Notes: generated from the letters alone by a model not told the origin. A stretch of 64,000 bases of DNA from Octopus sinensis (GCF_006345805.1 NC_043003.1:66154001-66218000), one strand, 5' to 3'. Shown: positions 52,219 through 64,000, numbered from the stretch's first letter. A program made the numbers and translations.

Positions 52219-52232
52219 CTAGCAGATGGCGC
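52219..52232 (+). promoter_or_regulatory. Candidate CTCF site
   Basis: CTAGCAGATGGCGC, one mismatch to the CCASYAGRKGGCRS core. Confidence 0.3.
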
Positions 52233-52829
52233 CTCTGCGCTGTTCATTATCTAAACAATTTTAACTTTTTGCACCTAACTCTGTACAGTTATGTATTATT
52301 CCACAGAATCATCAGAACATAAGAAAATAAAATGGAGTTTTCTACTTCGTCAACACAATAATGTCAGAAATAATCAGAGTTGTCTCCCTTCGCAGCTGAG
52401 ATAATCAAAACAATAACGTTACTGATTAACCTATTGCCTGCCATGAGCCCCGTTTTGGGATCTGCTAAAAGCGGTTTCATTACCGGTTGTTCGTTGTATT
52501 TAAAGTGATCAATGTACATTGCATTTGAAGAGGAGTGTTTAACAATATTTAGTAGTTTGTCGTTATTAGCTCTCAACTACAAAATTATTGACTGCTTTGA
52601 AAACGTTTTTTTCTCTTTTTTGTATTTCCCATCTATATCATTCATTGATATTTCATACACATTAGCATTTGAGACTATAGTTTCCAAAAAAAAAAAAAAC
52701 CTGAAATGTTTATTATTGCAATTGAATAGAAAAGGAGAGATATGCTCTTTTTCAGCGATCCCAAATTGAGACTTTTAGAAAAATTTATCATAATTTCCAA
52801 AATAATTTACACATGATGAACATTTAAAT

Positions 52830-53216
52830 ACTGTATTGTGGCACTCCGTCGGTTACGATGACGAAGGTTCCAGTTGATCTGATCAACGGAACAACCTGCT
52901 CGAGAAATTAACGTGCAAGTGGCTGAGCACACCACAGACACGTGTACCATTAACGTAGTTCTCGGGAAAATTCTGCGTGACACAGAGCATGCCAAGGCTG
53001 GTCCTTTGAAATACAGGTACAACAGAAACAGAAAGACAGAGTGAGAGAAAATTGTGGTGAAAGAGTACAGCAGGGGTCGCCACCCCCTTACCGGATTCTC
53101 GTGGAGCTTTAGGTGTTTTCGTTCAATAGAAACTCACAACACCCGGTCTGGGAATCGAAGCCGAGAGCCTATGACCGCGAGTCCGCCGCCTTAACCACTG
53201 GGCCATTGCGCTTCCA
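52830..53216 (-). mobile_element. tRNA-derived SINE family C, near full length
   Basis: Minus head GGAAGCGCAATGGCCCAGTGGTTAAGG...TTCGATTCCCAGACCGGG (A and B boxes). Confidence 0.8.
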
Positions 53217-53324
53217 CTAGTACTATATATTATTTTATCCCCGAAGACACACGGCAAAGCCAAAAAATATGAATAAAATGACTGGGGAGTTAATGAGTTA
53301 ATATTATTTCTTTTTTCCTAGACA

Positions 53325-53700
53325 GCGAGATGGCAGAATCGTCAGCACGCCGGGCGAAACACTTACAGTAGTTCAAATTTCGGCTAGGTCAACCTTGCCT
53401 TCTTTTTCAGGGTCGATTCAACAAGTTAAGCACTGGGGTCTATGTAATTGTCTTTCACCTTCTCTGAAGTTGGCTGGCCTTGTACTGAAATTTGAAACCG
53501 ATATTATTTCATTTTATAAGGCGGTAGGCTGGCAGAAACGTTAGCAATATGCTTAACGGCATTTCATCCATCTTTACATTCTGAGTCGACGTTGCCTTTC
53601 ATCCTTTCGGAGTCGATAAAATAAGTTCCAGCTGAGTACTGGGATCCATATCCTCGACATAGCCCTGATATTAATGACTATGTGTCAAAATTTTAATCCA
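53325..53700 (+). mobile_element. Two degenerate SINE family B copies
   Basis: Heads at ~53325 and ~53520 with diverged bodies. Confidence 0.65.
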
Positions 53701-56173
53701 ATATTGTTTCGTTTTTATACTGTGTATAAGACGCTCTATTTTTTTTTTTATGCTTCCCCATAACAGTCCTACATGGGAAGTCTGAGCCTTCCATAAATTC
53801 TAAAGCACTAAAATCTTTTGTTTCGTTAGTAAACACTTCTGTGTTTTCTATGTATTTCATACTGCCAAATACAGTAATTTTTTTCTCTTAATGTTTCCTC
53901 CAATAATATGAACTGATTCGTAACAAAATGATGAGGGTGATATTGTTACTATCAGCAACAAAAAGCAGCTCGTTAGCAGTTTTAGAAGTTAACCTATAGA
54001 TTTATTCTACACTTATTTACTTCATCAGTATAACACTTTACCTCTCTTGATATTCCTTAGAGTATTAAACCGGCAATAAAAGCTTAAACTTAATGGCATA
54101 TAACTTTACTGAAAATCGCTGTTTGCTTAAATAATATTATTTTTTCTTCCCTTGATGTTTAGCTTGAAATTGCAATAACTATAATGATGGACGCTTGTAA
54201 AGAAATGATTACAATGCAAAATTGAAGCCAAAATTAGACACATTAAGCGACATCAACATACACTAAATAGATGGTGGTGAAAACGATAAGGAAAAGCAAA
54301 TGCCGAGAATAAACTGAATGGAAGTTAGATCTAATTTGAGAACATGTTATAACGAAGCTATTATAAAACGAATTAAAATTAACAATGAGCAAAATAGGGA
54401 AACTGCTATTGTAAACAAATTTCAGTTCTGATGTGGAATTGACTTTAATAGACATACATACGATCTTGTTCTCATCAACTTAAATCAGTCATCAGACTGA
54501 GGCCATGCTAGGGCATCAACTTGAAGAATTTTATTCTTCAGACAGACAGATAGATAGACAGAGAGATAAACTGATAGATAGACAGACAGATAGATATATG
54601 TATGTATGTCTATATAGATATTACCTTTTACTTGCTACAGGTATTTGACACTGAGAGGGTTGTTAGTCGAACAAATCGACCCCAGGAGTTATATATTTTT
54701 CTTTAAGCCTGATACTGGTACTTATTCTATCGATATATTTTCTCGAACTGCTAAGTTGTGACGACGTAAGCACACCAACACCGGTTGTCAAGCGGTGGTA
54801 GAGGAGAAGCGCAGGCACAAAACACACACACACACACATGGATATATACATACACATACATAAATACATACATATGTATATATGTATATATACATATATT
54901 TATATAGGTTAGAGACAGGTGTAATTCTATATATAATGCACTTCGTATTGCTCAAAATATATGATCTTCAGCCGGTAGATAAGTAAATCCTATGACAAGC
55001 AAGTTCGGCAACTCGATTTTCACAGAATATTAAATACATTTAATAGAAATAATGGGCGTGTGTATTGGTATAAAATAGTCCATCTTACAAAATATAAATG
55101 ATAGGAGTTAAATGGGTAGAGTTTCACAAGTCTAACAGCTGTTTCTGGGTGCTTGGTGGTCCGGAATAATGATAGTTACTTAGACTCATTACCGGATAAC
55201 ACCGCCTCCGTCGTCAGGGGAGAATTTTACATTGGCGAATTTTACATTTAAGGTGTTGACAGGATGAAGTTTAAAAAGGGAAAGATTTCGTGAAGAACTA
55301 CATAGATAGAGAGTAGTGGGGGGAGAAAATGGATTTCGTGATTAAGGATTATAATGAGGTTAGTGATAATAATAGAGGTGGAAGGCTAGTGATAATAATA
55401 GAAGTGGAAGATAGTATGTGACTGATGACCTTTGTCATAGTTTGCATGAAGACTATAGTGTTAAAGATTGAGATAGTGAAAATGGCTTGCTGTTTATTAG
55501 GGGGAATGAGTTGATTGGTTCAGTAGCTAAGGGGGGATAAGGAGGTGGTAAATAGTAGTTCTTAGTGAGACAAAGGAATTGGGCTGGTACTGGAGGTGGG
55601 TTGTTGTGGTCTATATATATACGACAGGCTTCTTTCAGTTTCCGACTACCAAGTCCAGTCACATTTGTCGACACTTGCCTCAATACTGGAGACAGAGTGG
55701 TTGGTGTCTTTGACAACTGTGCCCCACATATAGTAATCTACGGAGTAATTCGGCGGCTAGATATTGGTGCCAGTGAATACGATAACCTTTTGGATTCTTT
55801 CCAAAGTTATGGTAAGGAGTCGAATCCTGCTAAAACACAAATGGCTTTCCAGCTGTGACCCTCTCTAGTCTCCATCGGGTTCATGAGGCCGCCTGAATTA
55901 AGCCTCACCCGTGTCTCTTCCTGGTTGTCATGGCATCGGACATTGCGATGCAGCTCTTCCATTATTTACAGTGACCAGTGGTCATAATGTTGGCATTTTG
56001 GTACCCGGTGCGAATCATCATGTTACAGGTGGTTCTTTTCCAATAGTTTTGCTCTCCAATACATCAAGATATTCCTGAAAACGAAGACATAAATGAAATC
56101 GTTAAGTTTAACCCTAACCCCCTTTACATACACGCACACATAGAGAGAGAAAGACAGAATTACATATATTTAT

Positions 56174-56218
<45 letters not shown>

Positions 56219-56347
56219 ATATATTATATATATATATTATATATATATATATATATATAATATATATATATATATAAATGACCTCGTGGGTACCGCCACC
56301 GATATTTTTCCTCTGTCTTCCCTTCTCTGGATCTTTCCTTCTCTTAT

Positions 56348-56382
56348 GTTTCCGACGAAGAGCTCCGCTGGAAACGTTAAAC
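56348..56382 (+). ncRNA. Degenerate minimal hammerhead motif
   Basis: GTTT-CCGACGA-A-GAGC(TCC)GCTG-GAAAC-GT-T-AAAC: 4-bp stem I intact; U4C and 11.1 substitutions. Confidence 0.45.
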
Positions 56383-56887
56383 CCTCCTTCTTCCCTTCTT
56401 TCCCGAGCGTCCAATAATACTTTATTTGTTCCACGTCCTCGCGTTGCTGTGTTTTTTTTTTGTGTTTTCTTGTTTGGATTAAGAATTAATAAAATATTTT
56501 AAATACATAAAAACGCGATGTATCTCTCATTTTCCTTTAACTTTTCTAATTAATATCCTTTATATCCAATATACCAAAATATCCGTCTTTAGATAAAATT
56601 TGTTTATGGTGTTATCTTAGAGAAGATGAATGTAAATTTTAGTTTATTTTAGACGAGTGGTCCATCCTACTCAGCTTTTTCTGCATTTATATTCGTATGA
56701 TATACATTAGAATTTAAAAACATTTGAAGTCCATAACACTTATATAAATTCCTTGAAATGAGATTCAGCTTACACACTTTGGTTTGCCGTATATTTGAAA
56801 TAAGTGCAAACATATACACTTCGATTTACATCTATGTATGTGTACATACATACACACACATATATATATACATATATTGCTATATAT

Positions 56888-56923
<36 letters not shown>

Positions 56924-57126
56924 CAAGTTTTATATATATATATATATATGTTCAAGTATTATATATATATATATGTTCAAGTATTATACATATATATATA
57001 TATATACACACATATATCTACAGATATACATATGTATACATATCTATGTAAGTATTTATATATATATATATATATCCATATACATATATACGTATAAATA
57101 TTATGCATACGTACCGTATATATATG

Positions 57127-57171
<45 letters not shown>

Positions 57172-57175
<4 letters not shown>

Positions 57176-58925
57176 ACAAAATAGTAAAGCGTGAAAAAAC
57201 GACAGAAGGCTTAAATGTTAAAAAATATATATATTTGTGTGAAAATGTCTGGAGAATATTGGAAAAATTTTATTTATTTTTTTTTTTTTTCCTTTCCTTA
57301 AAATGACATAATTTAAAAAAATTTTAAAGAAATTACCGGTTTCGCGTGTAGCTTTTCAAATTTCTTGTGACGTTATGTTTATATTGCATGGAATTATCGT
57401 TGTTTTTATTTCCAGGAGATTTCTAATTAAGGGGAGGTAGTGACTGATTTTTTCCGGTGTAGGGGAGATAATCGCTTAAAAAATTTTTTTCCCTTTTCCT
57501 TGTTAATTTCTCTGTGTCAGTATGTTCGGATGGTTGAGTCTGGGTTTGTACTTTTCAATGAAGAATGTTTCCTTGTTCAGTCTCATTTGTGTTGATGATC
57601 CGAAAGCACATTGGTAAAATGGGAAGATTAAAAATTGTGGCAGTAGTTGCTTTGCGCATTTCTCAATGTGCTCACTAAAAGGTATCATTCTATATTCTGG
57701 GAATGCAATCTGTTGTCGATGCAGTGTGCATCTGCGCCTGAGTGATAGTCCCGTGGAACCCACGTAGTCTTGGTGGCAGCCCGAGCATTTGATAACATAA
57801 ATTATGTTTTCAGAGGCACAAGTAAAGTTAGATTTGATCTTAAATTTCTGTCCCTCTTTAAAGAAGAATACTGATCCTTCCAATAGGTTAGGACATGTTG
57901 CACAGTTCGATCTACCACATTTTTTTACTTTTGCATCCGTAATTTTAGAAGACAATTTTGCCTTTGTGAGAATCTTTTTAAGTGATTTAGGCTGTTTGTA
58001 GCTTTTAATGATTTGGTGTGTGTTTAGAATTTCCTTTAATTTTGGGTTTTTATGAAGTATTGGTAAATTCTGGGTGATGATGGTGAAGGCTTCTTTGTTT
58101 CTGGGGTTGTATGTAGATATGTAAGGTAGTATTTTCGGGGAAGGTGTGTTGTTGTGTTGAACTTTTCTTAAAGTTTCTATGTTGATTTCTGTTGCACGTC
58201 TGATCCCATCCTCTATGAGTTGAGCTGGGTAATGTCTGTCAATTAGGGTGTTTTTGAGTTCTTGCAGTCTAAAGTTCCTGGTATTTTGTTCTGACACTAT
58301 TGTGCATATCCTTCTTGCAAGGTTGAAGGGGATGTTTGTTTTAGTGTGTCTTGGGTGGCATGAATTAAAAAGAAGGTATTGTTTGGCGTCTGTGGCTTTG
58401 TAAAAAATGTCTGTTTCTATTTTAAGGTTAATTTTTTTAATTAGTATATCCAAGAACGGAGCTCCTTTTGGTTGTATTCCATTGTGAACTGTATATTTGG
58501 GTTTATGCTGTTCAATAGGTTTTTAAATTTTAGGAGTTTATCTATGTTTTCATTCCAGAGAATGAAACAATCGTCTAGGAATCGTTTCCAATTCTCTTTT
58601 ATGTATTGAGAGAGGGAGTTTCCAAAGATTGATAGAGATTCCTGGTAAATGATTATTTCCATGTATCCCATTGTTAAGTTCGCAATGACTGGTGCTGCCC
58701 TTGTACCCATAGCAATTCCGGATTTTTGACGGTAGAATGTATTGTCAAACATGAAGTGGTTATTGTGTAGGATGAATTCAATTGATTTAGTAATGAATTC
58801 CTTACTGATCCTTTTTGGTATTTCTTCCGGAAATTGGTCTAACCAGAATTGTATTGCCTCCAGTCCATAATTATGAGGTATACTGGTATACAAGTTGACT
58901 ACATCAAATGAAACCAGGATTGTTT
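57172..58925 (-). mobile_element. Inverted partial copy of the same PLE (RT C-terminal half + GIY-YIG + 3' UTR)
   Basis: Reverse complement of 60811..62560. ORFs 57503..58453 and 58441..58944 match the + strand translations over the shared region. Confidence 0.95.
57327..57366 (-). ncRNA. Second copy of the U3-A8 hammerhead in the inverted PLE arm
   Basis: Exact reverse complement of 62370..62409. Confidence 0.75.
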
Positions 58926-59912
58926 GGAAACGTTTGGAATACAAACCTGCACAACAGAAAACTCACCTTCTGGAACATGATAAAAAATTCCAACAAAGCA
59001 GATATCTACGAGGGATGGATAAACTCAACACCAATTATCCTTCCACGCAAATTCCAGATAAAATTAATTCCTAACGAGCCTGACGGACAGAGATCTATTA
59101 GAGAAAAGTCAGCTCTGTTCAATTTTAAATCAGAAATAGAGCTTCTAAGACTCAGGGCCAACACAAATGAAGAAAAACTTAAAAGCATAGACGAGGAGAT
59201 GCACAATCTAATACTAAAATATACCGAGGGACAACCCCTCGATAATACATTGGATCACTGGAAGGATTCCTGTGGGAGAGAAGAGAGAAATTCTCTCCTA
59301 CGCTGGGAGAAAAACATGGACTTCTTCCAAAAATATAGTGAAACCTTCAAAAATGAATTAGGTACAAATAATCCCTTCCTTAAGAAAATTACAATAAATA
59401 AAAAAGAAAAACCTAACAACCCACGAACAACCCCCAACTATCCTCCATACACTAAAAACAGAAATCACCCACAACCAACCTTTACAAACCACGCTAGACC
59501 TAACAGGGAACTAGCTGAAAGAGGACGCGTCTATGAAAGAAATTACACCAAAAACAGAACAAACCAACAACATCCTAATACCAGACCCAACCACCATACA
59601 GCACAATACGACACTAGGATAAGAAATACACCACACACAAATCACTACTACCCCATGAACCAAAACTACTGGTCCCCACTAAACACAAGACAAACGCAAA
59701 GAAACACTATGTCAAGCAACATCCACATACAAGAAGTTCGAAACAAAAATATTCCCCATACAGAAATTTTACACACACCACAAGCATTAACAACCATAGA
59801 TTCCCACACACACACAACGATCGGAGGCAACAATACCACCACTCCCCCGACCAAATACCACACAACCTCACAGACAACTCATACAAACAAAATTACACCC
59901 AACATTTTTTAG
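58926..59912 (+). CDS. PLE N-terminal region / ORF1-like, with low-complexity N/T/H/Q/R-rich C-terminal half
   Basis: Open 334-codon frame (track 58908..59912). Its start lies in the inversion junction and is not a native start. It sits directly upstream of the RT frame. Confidence 0.6.
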   Translation, partial: GNVWNTNLHNRKLTFWNMIKNSNKADIYEGWINSTPIILPRKFQIKLIPNEPDGQRSIREKSALFNFKSEIELLRLRANTNEEKLKSIDEEMHNLILKYTEGQPLDNTLDHWKDSCGREERNSLLRWEKNMDFFQKYSETFKNELGTNNPFLKKITINKKEKPNNPRTTPNYPPYTKNRNHPQPTFTNHARPNRELAERGRVYERNYTKNRTNQQHPNTRPNHHTAQYDTRIRNTPHTNHYYPMNQNYWSPLNTRQTQRNTMSSNIHIQEVRNKNIPHTEILHTPQALTTIDSHTHTTIGGNNTTTPPTKYHTTSQTTHTNKITPNIF

Positions 59913-62233
59913 CCAGGGACCAGGGACACCAGGACACAGGCTGGAACCTAGTAATAAGGAAAAACCGAAGATAATCAATCTTTCAACCAAACCTCTTTCT
60001 AACATAAAAATTGACATCCTCGCAAAAGGGCTCAAATTTACACCAACTCCACGCAGAGCAAACCTAAATGAACTCAAGGATAATATAACAGAATTTTGCA
60101 GAAAATTAAGACTAGCAGAAGCATCAAACAGTTTCAATACTGAAGATGAATCACTAGTCAAGAACAAAAGTGAACACATCCCACACAGAGGAAGAAATAA
60201 AGATCTTGACGAATTCTGTAACCACATTGAGAACTTCCCCTACCATACTATACATAAACAGAAAGCTAACCCAAATTTTAACACTACACAATGGAAAGAA
60301 CTGATAGAACTCCAAAATGATGAAGATATAACCATTAAGGAAGCGGACAAGGGAAATGCAGTTGTAATAATGGATACATCATACTACAGAAATCTTGTAA
60401 TTTCCTTGCTTGATGAAGACCTACATTATGAAAAAATTACCAACTACACCCCACAAAAAATAATGAAAACTCTATCTTCACTAATTAAAACCCATGAAAA
60501 GGAACTGACAACCAAAGAGATTGATTTCCTAACAAACTTTAAATGCAAACCTAGCCTTTTCTATGGTCTGCCAAAATTCATAAAAGTCAAATTATAAATG
60601 AAACCATTAAAAAATCACCAAAGACATACATACACACACCTAATCCGGGGGACCTAAAACTACGACCCATTGTAGCTGGCCCAACCTGTGAAACACACAG
60701 ACTAAGTCTACTTATGGACATCCTCTTGAAACCCTTCCTTAAACATATCGATAGCCATATCAGAGATGACTTAGATATGTTAAACCACCTCCCAAAAAAA
60801 ACCAAGGAAGAAACAATCCTGGTTTCATTTGATGTAGTCAACTTGTATACCAGTATACCTCATAATTATGGACTGGAGGCAATACAATTCTGGTTAGACC
60901 AATTTCCGGAAGAAATACCAAAAAGGATCAGTAAGGAATTCATTACTAAATCAATTGAATTCATCCTACACAATAACCACTTCATGTTTGACAATACATT
61001 CTACCGTCAAAAATCCGGAATTGCTATGGGTACAAGGGCAGCACCAGTCATTGCGAACTTAACAATGGGATACATGGAAATAATCATTTACCAGGAATCT
61101 CTATCAATCTTTGGAAACTCCCTCTCTCAATACATAAAAGAGAATTGGAAACGATTCCTAGACGATTGTTTCATTCTCTGGAATGAAAACATAGATAAAC
61201 TCCTAAAATTTAAAAACCTATTGAACAGCATAAACCCAAATATACAGTTCACAATGGAATACAACCAAAAGGAGCTCCCGTTCTTGATATACTAATTAAA
61301 AAAATTAACCTTAAAATAGAAACAGACATTTTTTACAAAGCCACAGACGCCAAACAATACCTTCTTTTTAATTCATGCCACCCAAGACACACTAAAACAA
61401 ACATCCCCTTCAACCTTGCAAGAAGGATATGCACAATAGTGTCAGAACAAAATACCAGGAACTTTAGACTGCAAGAACTCAAAAACACCCTAATTGACAG
61501 ACATTACCCAGCTCAACTCATAGAGGATGGGATCAGACGTGCAACAGAAATCAACATAGAAACTTTAAGAAAAGTTCAACACAACAACACACCTTCCCCG
61601 AAAATACTACCTTACATATCTACATACAACCCCAGAAACAAAGAAGCCTTCACCATCATCACCCAGAATTTACCAATACTTCATAAAAACCCAAAATTAA
61701 AGGAAATTCTAAACACACACCAAATCATTAAAAGCTACAAACAGCCTAAATCACTTAAAAAGATTCTCACAAAGGCAAAATTGTCTTCTAAAATTACGGA
61801 TGCAAAAGTAAAAAAATGTGGTAGATCGAACTGTGCAACATGTCCTAACCTATTGGAAGGATCAGTATTCTTCTTTAAAGAGGGACAGAAATTTAAGATC
61901 AAATCTAACTTTACTTGTGCCTCTGAAAACATAATTTATGTTATCAAATGCTCGGGCTGCCACCAAGACTACGTGGGTTCCACGGGACTATCACTCAGGC
62001 GCAGATGCACACTGCATCGACAACAGATTGCATTCCCAGAATATAGAATGATACCTTTTAGTGAGCACATTGAGAAATGCGCAAAGCAACTACTGCCACA
62101 ATTTTTAATCTTCCCATTTTACCAATGTGCTTTCGGATCATCAACACAAATGAGACTGAACAAGGAAACATTCTTCATTGAAAAGTACAAACCCAGACTC
62201 AACCATCCGAACATACTGACACAGAGAAATTAA
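59911..62233 (+). CDS. PLE RT-GIY-YIG polyprotein, broken by two 1-nt slips (~60575 and ~61280)
   Basis: The frame of ORF 60370..60597 extends back to ~59911 (SQGPGTPGH...KPKIINLS...KGLKFTPTP). It continues in ORFs 60714..61295 and 61439..62233 after single-base deletions in homopolymer runs. Confidence 0.85.
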
Positions 62234-62369
62234 CAAGGAAAAGGGAAAAAAATTTTTTAAGCGATTATCTCCCCTACACCGGAAAAAATCACTCACTACC
62301 TCCCCTTATTTAGAAATCTCCTGGAAATAAAAACAACGATAATTCCATGCAATATAAACATAACGTCAC

Positions 62370-62409
62370 AAGAAATTTGAAAAGCTACACGCGAAACCGG
62401 TAATTTCTT
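62370..62409 (+). ncRNA. Minimal type-I hammerhead ribozyme, U3-A8 core variant, PLE 3' UTR
   Basis: AAGAAAT-TTGAAAA-GC(TACAC)GC-GAAA-CCGG-TA-ATTTCTT: 7-bp stem I, 2-bp stem II, palindromic ACCGGT stem III, GUA cleavage triplet. Confidence 0.75.
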
Positions 62410-63084
62410 TAAAAATTTTTAAAATTATGTCATTTTAAGGAAAGGAAAAAAAAAAAAAAAAATTTTTCCAATATTCTCCAGACATTTTCACACAAATATA
62501 TATATTTTTTAACATTTAAGCCTTCTGTCGTTTTTTCACACTTTACTATTTTCTTATATATTCACCCACGTGCTTTACCAAACAAACTTTCTTATCTATA
62601 TATATATATATATATATATATATGTTTGTGCGTGTATGTATGTGTATCTATGTAAGTATGTGTATGTGTGCGTGTGTGTGGATATGTGGAAGCAACTTGT
62701 TCGTATGTGTATGCATGTTGGTAATTTTGTGTTGAAGGCTTTTTGAAGCATTTGAAATGCAGCCGAATAGAAAACTGCTTCACTAATAGAAAACTTGTGG
62801 GGAAAAAAATAACAAAAAAAATAACGAAAAAAAAACAAACTCTTTCCTTCAGCGTTCGTTAGCGTAATAGAGTAATACTAACAAATAGATAAGAAGCTTG
62901 TTTTAAGTTTGGTTTTCTTCGCTAACAAACATGTTTGCATTTGATACATGAAATAATGAAATGAAAATTATGACCATCATTATCAACCAGTACAAAATTC
63001 ATCGGATTTCATTATATAAACATTAATATAACGCTTGGACAGCATTAACATGTGCTAAAATACATATGGATCAAAAATAAACAC

Positions 63085-63158
<74 letters not shown>

Positions 63159-63325
63159 GATATATATATATATATATATATAATATAATATAATATAATA
63201 TAATTTATATCTACAATTTATTCCATTAATAAACTCAACATCAAATGGTGTTTTAAAGATAACTTCCAAATAAATTTTTGAAACGTTTCCAAACGAAAAT
63301 GTTGACGTATATAAAAAGCAAACTA

Positions 63326-63508
63326 TATGTATGTATGTATGTATGTAAGTATGTATGTATGTATGTATGTATGTATGTATGTATGTATGTATGTATGTAT
63401 GTATGTATGTATGTATGTATGTATGTATGCATGTATGTATGTATGTATGTATGTATGTATGTATGTATGTATGTATGTATGTATGTATGTATGTATGTAT
63501 GTATGTAT
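63326..63508 (+). repeat. (TATG)n microsatellite, representative of dozens of (TA)n, (TG)n, (TAGA)n, (TATG)n and (AAT)n tracts
   Basis: Direct reading. Confidence 0.95.
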
Positions 63509-64000
63509 AGTGTGTGTGTATATGCGTGTGTGCCTCTATATTTGTGAGCGAATATCTTTGTATGTGTCTATAAGAGTGTTTATTCTGTATAAATATACGC
63601 ATGTGTATGAAACCGTTCATGTCAGCATATAAATAAGGAGTATTACGCTTGTTATATTCATCAAAATATTTTAAAACTTATTGAAATCAATACAGGGATG
63701 GAGGTTGTGTATCTTCGTATATAAACTGCTATGAGTTCTATCCTGTTGGCTACCATTGCTTTCACGATCTCGCTCTCCATGGTGCGCTAAATAAAGTGGC
63801 AAGGAGGTTGTTTCCCAAGGGCATGGTTCCTGGTTCACTCCCAGTGCTAGCACCTTAGGCACGTGTCTTCTTTTCCAGCCTCAAGTAGACCAGAGGTGTG
63901 TGAGAGAATTTGGTAGACGGAAACTGAAAGTAGACTTACTTCTGTGTGTTTCAATGTCTACCAAGATTGATATTGAAATGCATGTTTCTACACACTGCTG

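Larger units (their letters stand above)
58926..62560 (+). mobile_element. Penelope-like retroelement (Neptune-type), main 5'-truncated copy
   Basis: Successive ORFs give PLE RT motifs (IKEADKGNAVVIMD, LPKIHK after correcting a 1-nt slip, LRPIVAG, LVSFDVVNLYTSIP, YRQKSGIAMGTRAAP, WKRFLDDCF). These are followed by a Cys linker (CGRSNCATC) and a GIY-YIG endonuclease (NIIYVIKCSGCHQDYVGST...H...KYKPRLN), then a ~325-bp 3' UTR with a hammerhead. Confidence 0.93.

Noticed and set aside
53140-53216. tRNA gene
   Set aside because: A and B boxes are present but there is no closed cloverleaf; it continues into a SINE body and has a diverged twin at 47545-47620.
56111-56121. AACCCTAACCC as a telomeric remnant
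   Set aside because: Fewer than two full repeats; expected by chance or from a repeat relic.
61439-62233. Selenocysteine (UGA) recoding as in Naiad-type PLEs
   Set aside because: No in-frame TGA in the GIY-YIG region; all Cys positions are ordinary codons.

Overview
This is AT-rich, microsatellite-saturated eukaryotic DNA. I infer an octopod cephalopod (Octopus) from the SINE families and the repeat landscape. It has one 100-N gap (28852-28951). No multi-exon host gene can be assembled by eye, and nearly all ORF-track entries are translations of (TA)n, (TG)n, (TAGA)n or triplet repeats. The real coding sequence is all transposon-derived: (1) a young Penelope-like retroelement (RT + GIY-YIG, Neptune-type) at 57.2-62.6 kb with a 1.75-kb inverted self-duplication; (2) a young Tx1/L1-clade LINE at 25.2-28.9 kb and an older relic at 39.9-41.4 kb; (3) a 5'-truncated R4/Dong-type REL retrotransposon sitting in (TAA)n; (4) two copies of an internally deleted mariner, two Tigger/pogo-like MITEs, and RTE and CR1/L2-type relics. 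At least three tRNA-derived SINE families are interspersed, and one forms tandem multimers. The most notable signal is RNA-level: about a dozen minimal type-I hammerhead-ribozyme motifs from several unrelated sequence families. They include a U3-A8 compensatory core variant in both Penelope 3' ends and a divergent pair inside a 222-bp palindrome. Coordinates were read by hand and SINE/relic boundaries are approximate. No search or folding program was run.
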